From NCBI GenBank assembly GCA_937934285.1, contig CALHAT010000026.1, positions 1-59,776 on the forward strand: a DNA stretch of 59,776 nucleotides. Direction: 5' to 3'. Both the position numbers and the translations under genes were made by a program. Positions 37,523 to 46,404 of the stretch are shown here, one piece after another. Each line of letters starts with the position of its first letter. Positions within the stretch are counted from its first letter, which is position 1. The notes under the pieces were generated by a model. That model searched no databases and was not told the DNA's origin. It was given only the letters and a program-made list of their open reading frames with translations. This stretch comes from Minisyncoccota bacterium. Lineage in GTDB: Bacteria; Patescibacteriota; Minisyncoccia; UBA6257; HR35.

Positions 37523-38827
37523 ATGAATTTTTATAATTCTTTAACAAAAAGAAAGGAAAGTTTGAGACCTTTAAAAAACAATCTGATAAGAATGTATGTT
37601 TGTGGTCCAACTGTTTACGGACCAAGTCATTTAGGTCATGCGGTTACTTATATCAGGTTTGATTTTATTAGAAGGTTTTTAGAATTTTTAGGCTATAAAG
37701 TCAAATTGGTAATAAATATTACTGATATTCATGATGATATTCTAAAAAAATCCCAAGAACTAAAAATTCCTCCTCAAAAATTAGCTGATAAATATACTCA
37801 AGAGTTTTACAAAGATTTAGAAAGTCTAAGAATAAAAAAAGCTTTTAAATATCCAAGAGTAAGTGAAAATTTGAAAGAAATTATTAACTTAATTAAAATT
37901 TTAATTCAAAAGGGATATGCTTATGAAACAAATGACGGGGTTTATTTCGATATTAGTAAATTTAAAAATTACGGCCGACTTTCAGGAATTATAATTGAAA
38001 AAGAACTTACGGGAACAAGAGTAAAAACAGATAAATATGAAAAAGAAGAGGTTTCTGATTTTGCTTTGTGGAAAAAAGAAAATGATAAGTGGCTTTTTAG
38101 CTCTCCGTGGGGCAAAGGCCGACCTGGTTGGCACATTGAATGCTCAGCAATGTCAATAAAGTATTTAGATATGCCCTTTGACCTTCACGGTGGAGCTATT
38201 GATTTAATTTTTCCTCATCATGAAAATGAAATTGCTCAATCCGAAGCTGCTTATGGTAAAAAATTTGTTAATTTCTATCTTCATTCAGGACTTTTATATG
38301 TTAATGGTCAAAAAATGTCAAAATCCTTAGGCAATTATATTGAGCTTCGAGAATTTTTACAAAAATATCCAGCCAGATTTTTGAGATTCTTTGTTTTTCT
38401 TCATCATTACCGTTCACCAATTGATTTTAATGAAAAGAATTTGAAAAATGCCTGGGAGACTTATTTTAATCTAAACGAAAGAATAGTTAAATTAAAGGCT
38501 AAAGAATTCAAAGAAAAAAACTTAAGAAATATTGTTAAAATTTTAGAAGATGACTTTAATTCACCAAAGTTTTTTGCTAAACTTTACGAAATTATTGAAA
38601 AAAACGAAATTTCTCTAAGTAATCTTAAAAACTTAGACAAATTTTTACTTTTTCTTTTTCCTTGGAGAAAATTAACCCCAAAAGAAAAAGCCTTAATTAG
38701 ACAAAGAAACAGATTAAGGCAAGAAAAAAAGTTTGCCCAAGCTGACATAATTCGCCAAAATTTTGAAAAAAAATTTATTTATCTTCAAGATTTAAAAAAT
38801 AAAACTTTAGTTATTAATATAAATTAA
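37523..38827 (+). CDS. cysS: Cysteine--tRNA ligase
   Basis: MYVCGPTVY, HLGH, GRPGWHIECSAM, FPHHENE, KMSKS. Confidence 0.97.
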   Translation: MNFYNSLTKRKESLRPLKNNLIRMYVCGPTVYGPSHLGHAVTYIRFDFIRRFLEFLGYKVKLVINITDIHDDILKKSQELKIPPQKLADKYTQEFYKDLESLRIKKAFKYPRVSENLKEIINLIKILIQKGYAYETNDGVYFDISKFKNYGRLSGIIIEKELTGTRVKTDKYEKEEVSDFALWKKENDKWLFSSPWGKGRPGWHIECSAMSIKYLDMPFDLHGGAIDLIFPHHENEIAQSEAAYGKKFVNFYLHSGLLYVNGQKMSKSLGNYIELREFLQKYPARFLRFFVFLHHYRSPIDFNEKNLKNAWETYFNLNERIVKLKAKEFKEKNLRNIVKILEDDFNSPKFFAKLYEIIEKNEISLSNLKNLDKFLLFLFPWRKLTPKEKALIRQRNRLRQEKKFAQADIIRQNFEKKFIYLQDLKNKTLVININ

Positions 38828-39109
38828 GACGGAAATACATCTTTCCATTAAATATAATTTATCTTTGCAATTTTTATATTAATATTTACTTATCAATAAA
38901 ATCTTAAAATACTAAATCTTAAATTTTTAACAAATAATCTAAAATTGCCAGTTAATCTTAGCCGTTAAAACTGATTTAAATAAAATAAAGATTATCAACT
39001 GATAATACCCAAACTATTTTGATTCTAAAAAAATTTAAGTCCCTTATATTTCGCGATTGCATGATATAAAGGGAAATGGATTTTAAATTCTATTAAAAAA
39101 ATAAAATGC

Positions 39110-40048
39110 TTAAAGGTAATTTTTTTTCGAATCGGTTCTGACTTTATCAGTCAATAAATAATTCAAATAAATATCTTCGGGGATGTCTTTAATGTTTAAA
39201 TAGAATTTCTTTAATTTTCTTTCAGTTTTAGCAATACTTGTTTGAAGCCTTTTAATTTCTTCTACGGAAATATTTTTAGCTATTTTTTCAAGTTTATTCA
39301 AATAAAATGGATTGGCTTTAATTTTTTTGCCATTTTTAATTAAAAAAATTCTTATTAAACTATTAGAGAGAAAGTTTAAAAGTTTTAATATCTCAAAATG
39401 GTCTTTGCTTTTATCTTCTAAAATAAATTTCTTGAGATGATGAATAAACTCTGGCCAATTTCTTTCTAAGAATAAATCATGAATTTTAAAATTATTGGTT
39501 AAAAGCGATAATGTATATTTAAGATATTTATCAAGCGTTCTTTCTTCAAGGGCTGAAATTTTATTCAAGTCCTGAATTAATAAATCAATATTATCATCAT
39601 AGTTTTCGACTAAAAAATTAATCATCGATGGCGATAATTTTATTTTTTTCGCCTTTAAAATTTCAATAATAAAACTCCTCAGCTCTCTTTTACTTTTAGG
39701 ACCAATTCTTTTTATCTCAAACTTAATTTTATTTTTCCTTAAAAGTAGAGTGAATTCAGTAGGTTCGTTGTCACAAATAAAAAAAATGTTTATTTTAGCA
39801 TCTTTAATAATTAAAACAAGTTTCCTTAAATCTTCGTTTTTTAATCTGTCGACATTTTTAATAATTAAATCAAATTTTTTGCCGATTAATTTCTGGTTCA
39901 ATTTTTTTTGTAAATCTAAAAAAAATTCCTTAGAGTCTTTATTAAAACTAAGATAAGTATTTTTTTGTGAAATTTCGTTTATTTTTTCCTCAATTAATGT
40001 TATGTTTTTACCAATAAGAAAATAAATATGTCCTTTTTCGCCCACCAT
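39110..40048 (-). CDS. holA: DNA polymerase III delta subunit-like protein
   Basis: IYFLIG start, about 310 aa, QDLNKI and NPFYLNKL helical pattern; divergent. Confidence 0.55.
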   Translation of the reverse strand: MVGEKGHIYFLIGKNITLIEEKINEISQKNTYLSFNKDSKEFFLDLQKKLNQKLIGKKFDLIIKNVDRLKNEDLRKLVLIIKDAKINIFFICDNEPTEFTLLLRKNKIKFEIKRIGPKSKRELRSFIIEILKAKKIKLSPSMINFLVENYDDNIDLLIQDLNKISALEERTLDKYLKYTLSLLTNNFKIHDLFLERNWPEFIHHLKKFILEDKSKDHFEILKLLNFLSNSLIRIFLIKNGKKIKANPFYLNKLEKIAKNISVEEIKRLQTSIAKTERKLKKFYLNIKDIPEDIYLNYLLTDKVRTDSKKNYL

Positions 40049-40339
40049 TTATTTTACCGCTTCTTTGAGATCCTTAGCTGGAGTAAAACGAGGAACCCGC
40101 GTAGCGGGTACATGAACTTTTTCGCCGGTTTTAGGATTAAGCGCCACTCTTTCTTTTCTTTCTCTAACTTTAAACGTGCCTAAACCAGCAATTTTTACCT
40201 TATAGCCGCTTTTGAGATTTCGTGTAATTTCTTCAGTAAGGAAATTTAGAATTTCAATCGCTTCTTTTTTTGTCAAATTAAATTTTTCGACCATTTTTTG
40301 AGCTAAATCTTTTGCCTTAACGATAGTACCTTTTGCCAT
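40049..40339 (-). CDS. hup: HU DNA-binding protein
   Basis: VKIAGLGTFKVRERKERVALNPKTGE...PRFTPAKDLK. Confidence 0.95.
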   Translation of the reverse strand: MAKGTIVKAKDLAQKMVEKFNLTKKEAIEILNFLTEEITRNLKSGYKVKIAGLGTFKVRERKERVALNPKTGEKVHVPATRVPRFTPAKDLKEAVK

Positions 40340-40431
40340 TATTGTAAAAAATAATTTCTTAAAAACGACCGCTATTTATTACCTAATTTCATTATACGAA
40401 ATTTTCTCAAAAAATAAAAATTTAAAAATTT

Positions 40432-41943
40432 TTAGCGAGCATATTCAACAGCCCTATTTTCCCTAACAACAACAACCTTAATTTCTCCAGGATACTTAAG
40501 TTCTTTTTCGATTTTTTGGGCTATTTCTTTAGCTAATTTATATATTTCTAAATCGCTTACTTTATCAGCGGTAACAAAAACTCTTAACTCTCTACCACCC
40601 GAAATAGCAAAACTTTTCTCCACCCCTTCAAATGAAGATGCAATCCTTTCCAGATCCTGGAGTCTTTGAAGATAAATTTCGGTTGTTTCTCGTCTGGCTC
40701 CTAACCGATGAGAAGAAATAATATCGGCGGTCAAAACAATATATGCTTCCGGAATTGCAAAAGGATAAGTTTCATGATGAGATCTCATAGCCAAAATAAC
40801 TTTCTCTTCGATGTTATATCTTTCTAAAATTTTAATTCCTATCTCTAAATGATTACCCTCTAAAGCATGAGTAGCGGATTTGCCAATATCATGTAAAAAA
40901 CCGGCTTTTTTGGCAACCGCAGTGTCTAAACCAAGTTCCTCAGCAATCATTCTAGAAAAAGTGGCAACCTCGATCGAATGTTGAAGAACATTTTGACCAT
41001 AGGAATAACGAAATTTTAAACTGCCCATAAGGACCATTATCTCCGGTGGCAAATCAAAAATACCTAATTCATAAGAAGCATTCTTACCTGCTTCCTCAAT
41101 GACTCTATTAATCTCTTCTTTAGCTTCTTGGATTTTTTCTTCAATAGTCGCGGGGTTAATTCTTCCATCTTTGATTAACTTTTCTAAAGCAAGTCGTGCT
41201 GTTTCTCTTCGTACTGGATCGAAAGAAGATAAAATTACTAAATCGGGTGTTTCGTCAATAATTATTTCTACTCCAGTTAAATTTTCGAAATGTTTAATAT
41301 TTCTGCCTTCTTTACCAATAATTCTACCTTTCATTTCTTCATTAGGCAAAGAAACGGTCGTGGTTGTTATTTCGCTTACAACTGAACGAGCATAACGAGG
41401 TAAAGATTCATAAAGAATATTTCTAATTTCTTGGTTTAAGATTTCATCGCCCTTTTGTTTTATCTTAATTATTCTTGTTAAAATCTCATTTTCATTTTCT
41501 TTCTCAATCTTTTCAAATAAAATTTTCAGTGCTTCTTCTTTTGTAAAACCACTAATCTTTTCTAAGGATTCTTCTAAAAATCTTTCTTTTTCTTCTAAAT
41601 TTTTACTTTTCTCTTCAATATCTTTTATTTTTTCAGTCAAGTTTTTTTCCCTTTCAATTAAAGTTATTTCTCTTTCATCTAAAAATCTTTCCCTGTGATT
41701 AACTCTTTCTTCTTTTTGTAAAACCTCGGTCAAAATTTTTTCTCTTTCCTTTTTGGCTTCATCAATAATTAAAACTGACTTTTCTCGTGCTTCCTTAATT
41801 AAATTCTCCGCCTCAATTTTTTTTGCTTGTAAATTCTCTTCTGTTTCCTTCTCAATTTTTTCTTGTCTTTTTTGAACAAAAAATTGTCCTAATAAAAAAC
41901 CACTCAAAAAACTAATCAAAAGAATAATAATAAAATTAATCAT
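40432..41943 (-). CDS. rny: Ribonuclease Y
   Basis: TM, coiled coil, KGRIIGKEGRNI (KH), SYGQNVLQHS, LHDIGK (HD). Confidence 0.96.
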   Translation of the reverse strand: MINFIIILLISFLSGFLLGQFFVQKRQEKIEKETEENLQAKKIEAENLIKEAREKSVLIIDEAKKEREKILTEVLQKEERVNHRERFLDEREITLIEREKNLTEKIKDIEEKSKNLEEKERFLEESLEKISGFTKEEALKILFEKIEKENENEILTRIIKIKQKGDEILNQEIRNILYESLPRYARSVVSEITTTTVSLPNEEMKGRIIGKEGRNIKHFENLTGVEIIIDETPDLVILSSFDPVRRETARLALEKLIKDGRINPATIEEKIQEAKEEINRVIEEAGKNASYELGIFDLPPEIMVLMGSLKFRYSYGQNVLQHSIEVATFSRMIAEELGLDTAVAKKAGFLHDIGKSATHALEGNHLEIGIKILERYNIEEKVILAMRSHHETYPFAIPEAYIVLTADIISSHRLGARRETTEIYLQRLQDLERIASSFEGVEKSFAISGGRELRVFVTADKVSDLEIYKLAKEIAQKIEKELKYPGEIKVVVVRENRAVEYAR

Positions 41944-41995
41944 AGTAAATAAAATTTTAATCGAAAACCTCTTTTAATTATAATATATTTTTACA

Positions 41996-43555
41996 ATGAC
42001 TACCAAAAGACGAATTTGCTTTTTAATTTTAGATGGTTTAGGAGAGGGACCTCTGATAAGTAGTAACCCTCAACGATGGGCGAAGTTAAAAAATTTTGAT
42101 TATTTTAAAAAAAATTACCCCTTTTGTCTCTTGGCATCTGCGGGTATTCCTATTGGCTTGCCATCGTATGAAGCGCCTAATTGTGAGTTAGCCCATTTAA
42201 CTATAGGTACTGGGATGGTTCACTATAAAAACTGGCTTAGAATAAATTTAGCTATAGAAAATGGTGAATTTTATAAAAACAGAACTCTTCAAGAGGTTTT
42301 TCAACATTGCTCCAAATTTAACTCTCGATTACATTTAATAGGCTTAATAAGCGAATCTAAAAATGAAACAGATATTAATCATCTTTTTGCTATTTTAAAA
42401 TTAGCTCAATCTTTAAATTTTAAAAATATCTATTTTCATTTTATTACTGACGGCATTGATTCCTGGCCAAAATCGGCATCTAATTTAATACAAAATTTCT
42501 TAAAAGAAATTCGAAAACAAAATTATCCAGGAGAAATTGCTACTTTATGTGGTAGGTATTATGCCTTAGACGAAACCAGGAATTACACTTTAAGAACTCA
42601 AAAATATTTTTTATTAATAGTTGAAGGGATTGGCACTGAAATTAAAAACCCTCTTGATTTCTTAAAAAATAAATACAATGATGAGAATTTTAAAGATGAT
42701 ATTTTAGAACCTATAATTATCAACAAAGAGGGCATTATTAGAGATAACGATGCGATTTTATTTTTCCATTTTGAAAATAAAAGTATTGTTCAATTGGCTA
42801 ATGCTTTTTTAAATCCTATATTTAAAGAATTTTCTCGACCCCCAAGAAAAAATCTTTTTATTGCTTCCTTTACTAGATATTTAGATTTTAATTACCCCGT
42901 TCTTTTTGAAGAAAAAAAAATTTTAACTAATTTGAGTAGGATTTTATCAGAAAATAATCTAACTCAATTAAAGATCACCGATGTTTCTCGAGAAAAACTT
43001 TTAAAAGATTACTTTAACGGTTTTATTCAAGAGGCGCATTATAAAGAAATTTATAAAATATTTCCAGCCTTTAGTTCTGATCCTGAAGAATTAGACAAAC
43101 AAAGTATTGATTTTATAAATAATTTAGTTTTTATTTTGCAAAAAAGTGATTTTAATTTTATTTTGGTTAATTTCCCCATTTTAGATATTATAGGTCATAA
43201 AGGGGATTTTAAGCTCGCTGTTGCTTTTTTAGAAAAAGTTGATCAATTAATAGAGATTATTTACAAGACCTGTTTTGAAAAAGATTATTTGCTTATTATT
43301 ACTTCTGATCACGGTAATATTGAACAAGTTATTGACCCTAGAACATCTAAAAAAGATATTCAGCATAATCTTAATCCTGTCCCCTTTTATTTAATTGATA
43401 AAAACAGAAAAAGAGAGAAAACAACTACAGAATTAAACTTTTATTCTAAAAAAATCTTAGGTTCATTAGTTGATATTGCACCTACGATTTTAGATATTTT
43501 TAACATATCTCCGCCAAGAGAATTTGAAGGCAAAAGTCTCTTAAGATATTTTTAA
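41996..43555 (+). CDS. gpmI: BPG-independent phosphoglycerate mutase homolog with degenerate active site
   Basis: LILDGLG, GRYYALD, DIIGH, SDHGN, HNLNPVP, LVDIAPTIL; NCELAH in place of NSEVGH. Confidence 0.8.
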   Translation: MTTKRRICFLILDGLGEGPLISSNPQRWAKLKNFDYFKKNYPFCLLASAGIPIGLPSYEAPNCELAHLTIGTGMVHYKNWLRINLAIENGEFYKNRTLQEVFQHCSKFNSRLHLIGLISESKNETDINHLFAILKLAQSLNFKNIYFHFITDGIDSWPKSASNLIQNFLKEIRKQNYPGEIATLCGRYYALDETRNYTLRTQKYFLLIVEGIGTEIKNPLDFLKNKYNDENFKDDILEPIIINKEGIIRDNDAILFFHFENKSIVQLANAFLNPIFKEFSRPPRKNLFIASFTRYLDFNYPVLFEEKKILTNLSRILSENNLTQLKITDVSREKLLKDYFNGFIQEAHYKEIYKIFPAFSSDPEELDKQSIDFINNLVFILQKSDFNFILVNFPILDIIGHKGDFKLAVAFLEKVDQLIEIIYKTCFEKDYLLIITSDHGNIEQVIDPRTSKKDIQHNLNPVPFYLIDKNRKREKTTTELNFYSKKILGSLVDIAPTILDIFNISPPREFEGKSLLRYF

Positions 43556-43557
43556 AA

Positions 43558-44817
43558 ATGCTTAAAATAAATCTCAGAAACATTCCTTCTCAGCCGGGGG
43601 TTTACCTTTTCAAGGACAAAAAAAATAAAGTTTTATACATTGGTAAAGCTAAAAATTTAAAAAACCGATTTCGACAATATTTTCTTTCGCCCTCCTTTAA
43701 GATCAAAAAACTTTTAGCCGAAGCTATCAAGGTAGAATTTTTAGAGACTGAAAACGAAGCTTTAGCTATTTTTAAAGAAAGTGATCTTATTAAAAAATTC
43801 AACCCTCCCTATAATCAGCTTTTAAGAGATGACACCCGTTATTTTTATCTAATTTTCACTCGAGAAAGATTCCCTAAAATTTTGATCACCCATCAACCGG
43901 AAAAATTTCACTACCAAGAAATTATCGGACCATTTTTTGAAGGTAGTGCTTTAAGAACAATTTTAAAAATAATTAGGAAAAACATCCCTTTTTGTACTTG
44001 CCTGAAAGAACATCAAAAAACTTGTCTTAATGCTTCTTTAGGACTTTGTCCTGGTTTTTGTTGCCAAAAAGAGGTAAGCTTTACCCAAAAAGATATTAAA
44101 AACTATAAAAAGAATTTAAAAATCATCAAAAGAATTTTGACTGGTAATCTTTCTGAGATCAAAAAATCACTTTTAACCCAAATGAAAAAATTGATTGCTG
44201 AAGACAAATTAGTTGAAGCTGAGAAATTAAGAAAGGTTTATTTAGCTATTAAAAAAATTGAGCTTCACCACGGTTTAATCAAAGAAAAAGAAGCTTTTTT
44301 AATTGAACACCAAACCCGAAAAATTTTAATTAAGCTAAAAGAAAAATTTGATTTAGAAAAATTGCCCCATCGAATTGAGGTTATTGATATCTCCCATTTT
44401 GCTGGTAAAGAAGTTGTCGGCATTGTGGTTAATTTTCTCGATGGTGTTTATGAACCTTCGCTTTTAAGAAAATTTAAAATTAAAACAAATTTTAAGACTG
44501 ATGATCCGCGAATGATTTATGAGGTTTTAAAAAGAAGATTAAAACATAAAGAATGGGGATATCCGGATCTTATTTTGGTTGATGGTGGCAAAATTCAATT
44601 CAAATTTGCTCTCAAAGCCGTCAGTGAAAGCAATTTAAAAATTAAAGTTATTGCTTTAGCCAAACCTAAAGAAAATGTTTATTATGATTTTGAAAAAGAA
44701 CCTTTTCATTTAGAAGAAGATAAAGAATTAAGGGATTTTATCTTAGCCCTGGACAAAAAAGCTCATCAGAAGGTTATCAGCTATCATCGTCAACAAAGAG
44801 AGAAACTTAAAGCTTAG
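43558..44817 (+). CDS. uvrC: Excinuclease UvrC, short form (GIY-YIG plus RNase H-like; no HhH)
   Basis: PGVYLF, YIGKAKNLKNR, PPYN..LRDD, IEVIDISH, PDLILVDGGK.Q. Confidence 0.9.
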   Translation: MLKINLRNIPSQPGVYLFKDKKNKVLYIGKAKNLKNRFRQYFLSPSFKIKKLLAEAIKVEFLETENEALAIFKESDLIKKFNPPYNQLLRDDTRYFYLIFTRERFPKILITHQPEKFHYQEIIGPFFEGSALRTILKIIRKNIPFCTCLKEHQKTCLNASLGLCPGFCCQKEVSFTQKDIKNYKKNLKIIKRILTGNLSEIKKSLLTQMKKLIAEDKLVEAEKLRKVYLAIKKIELHHGLIKEKEAFLIEHQTRKILIKLKEKFDLEKLPHRIEVIDISHFAGKEVVGIVVNFLDGVYEPSLLRKFKIKTNFKTDDPRMIYEVLKRRLKHKEWGYPDLILVDGGKIQFKFALKAVSESNLKIKVIALAKPKENVYYDFEKEPFHLEEDKELRDFILALDKKAHQKVISYHRQQREKLKA

Positions 44818-45064
44818 CTAATAATTTAGCATAATGAGATTTCAAGCGACTAACTTTATTTTTATGCATAAATCTCTTACTGGCTTTATCTAGTTCTTTA
44901 TAAACTATCCTTAGAGCTTCTGAAGCTTTATTTTTATTTTTTTCTTTGATCAGTTTTAGAAAATTCTTAACTGCTAATTTAACTTTTTTTCTTCTCTCCT
45001 CGTTAATTTGCCAATTTCTTTTTGCCTTTTTTAAAGCTCTTTTAGCTGATTTGGTGACTGGCAT
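44807..45064 (-). CDS. rpsT: 30S ribosomal protein S20
   Basis: [10 protein letters not shown]...LDKA...HKNKVSRLKS. Confidence 0.93.
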   Translation of the reverse strand: MPVTKSAKRALKKAKRNWQINEERRKKVKLAVKNFLKLIKEKNKNKASEALRIVYKELDKASKRFMHKNKVSRLKSHYAKLLAKL

Positions 45065-45561
45065 TATTGAATTTCTTTTTTTAATTCCTCGACTATTTTT
45101 TTAATTTTTTCAGAAAGATTTTGAGGCAATTTAAATTTTATTTTCAGCAAAGTTTTTCTTGAACCTTGATAAAGAGGAATTTCAATTTCTTTTTCCTTTA
45201 AAGCTTCAAGAGGATTAATTTCTAAAGTAACCTCGTTAATATGACTTTTGTGTTCAAAAATATCAAAAATGTCTCTAAATAAATCAAAAATATCTTCACC
45301 AAGAAATTCTCTTCGTAAATAATCCTCTAAATCATCGAAGCCGAAAACGAAAGAGGTTTGGAGTTTTCTTCTTTGATCATATTCGGCTCTTAATTTTTTA
45401 TCGGAAAGAATTCGATAAGCTTCAACAATTTTCTTAAATTTTTCAGCATCACCGCCAGGCCGATCAGGGTGGTATTTTTTAGCTAGCTCTCGGAAAGCTT
45501 TTTTTATTGTCTCATCATCAGCATTCTCGGGAACACCTAAAATTTCATAATAATTTTCCAT
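45064..45561 (-). CDS. Short J-domain protein (no Zn finger)
   Basis: YYEILGV, KKYHPD, AYRILSD..R..YD; 165 aa. Confidence 0.88.
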   Translation of the reverse strand: MENYYEILGVPENADDETIKKAFRELAKKYHPDRPGGDAEKFKKIVEAYRILSDKKLRAEYDQRRKLQTSFVFGFDDLEDYLRREFLGEDIFDLFRDIFDIFEHKSHINEVTLEINPLEALKEKEIEIPLYQGSRKTLLKIKFKLPQNLSEKIKKIVEELKKEIQ

Positions 45562-45567
45562 TTTAAT

Positions 45568-46404
45568 TTAAAGCTCTAAAATTTCTTTATTTACCGACTT
45601 GGAGTTTATTTTAACAAGTTTTATTTTCAAAAATAAATAATAAAAAGGGAGAGATAAATAACCAACCAAAAAAGAGAAAATTTTTAGCAAAGGGTAAAAA
45701 ATAAGAAAAATAATTGACAAAAAACTTAAAATATAGATTCGGCGAAGACCAGGGTTAGGCCAAGTATTGACTAAGGAATTATAAATAATTTTACCGATAG
45801 TTTCTTGAGGTAAAGTTTGCTCTAACAAATCAGCTATTACTTTGGGTAGATTATATTTTTTAAAATAAGCCAAAATGAGGTTGGATATTTTTTCTTGGAA
45901 AGAAAATTTTATCTTTAAAAGAGTTAATAAATTATCGATTTTTACAGTTATTTCCTGAAAAACTGGAAAAGTTAAGGGTAAATTGTTTTGTTGATTAAAA
46001 CTTTGATAGAAATGGAGATTAGTTATTAGAAAAAAAGCTAAAAGAAGAAAAGTATAGTTTTTACCAACCAATTCGACAAAAGGAATTTTCAATGAGATTT
46101 TTAAAATATGGCGCTGGGTGAAAATTTTTAAAAAAGCCAAGATAAATAAAATTATTCCGGCGTAAATATAAAAATAACTTAAAATAAGTAAAACTATAAG
46201 CCAGAAAATTAGATATTCAATAGTTGTGCTTGTCATCTCAAAGATTGTTAGCAAAGAAAGAAAAATAACTAAAAATAAAAAAAGCAATGAAAGCTTAAGA
46301 TAAATGTTAATTTGGATTCTAAAGAAATAAAAACTAAAAATTGGCAAGATTAAAATAACAAAAATAAGAATAATTTTCTTATAAGTCTGGACCAAGGGAT
46401 TCAT
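45568..46404 (-). CDS. Multi-pass membrane protein, unknown function
   Basis: Several hydrophobic helices; TAATG-coupled to dnaK. Confidence 0.7.
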   Translation of the reverse strand: MNPLVQTYKKIILIFVILILPIFSFYFFRIQINIYLKLSLLFLFLVIFLSLLTIFEMTSTTIEYLIFWLIVLLILSYFYIYAGIILFILAFLKIFTQRHILKISLKIPFVELVGKNYTFLLLAFFLITNLHFYQSFNQQNNLPLTFPVFQEITVKIDNLLTLLKIKFSFQEKISNLILAYFKKYNLPKVIADLLEQTLPQETIGKIIYNSLVNTWPNPGLRRIYILSFLSIIFLIFYPLLKIFSFLVGYLSLPFYYLFLKIKLVKINSKSVNKEILEL

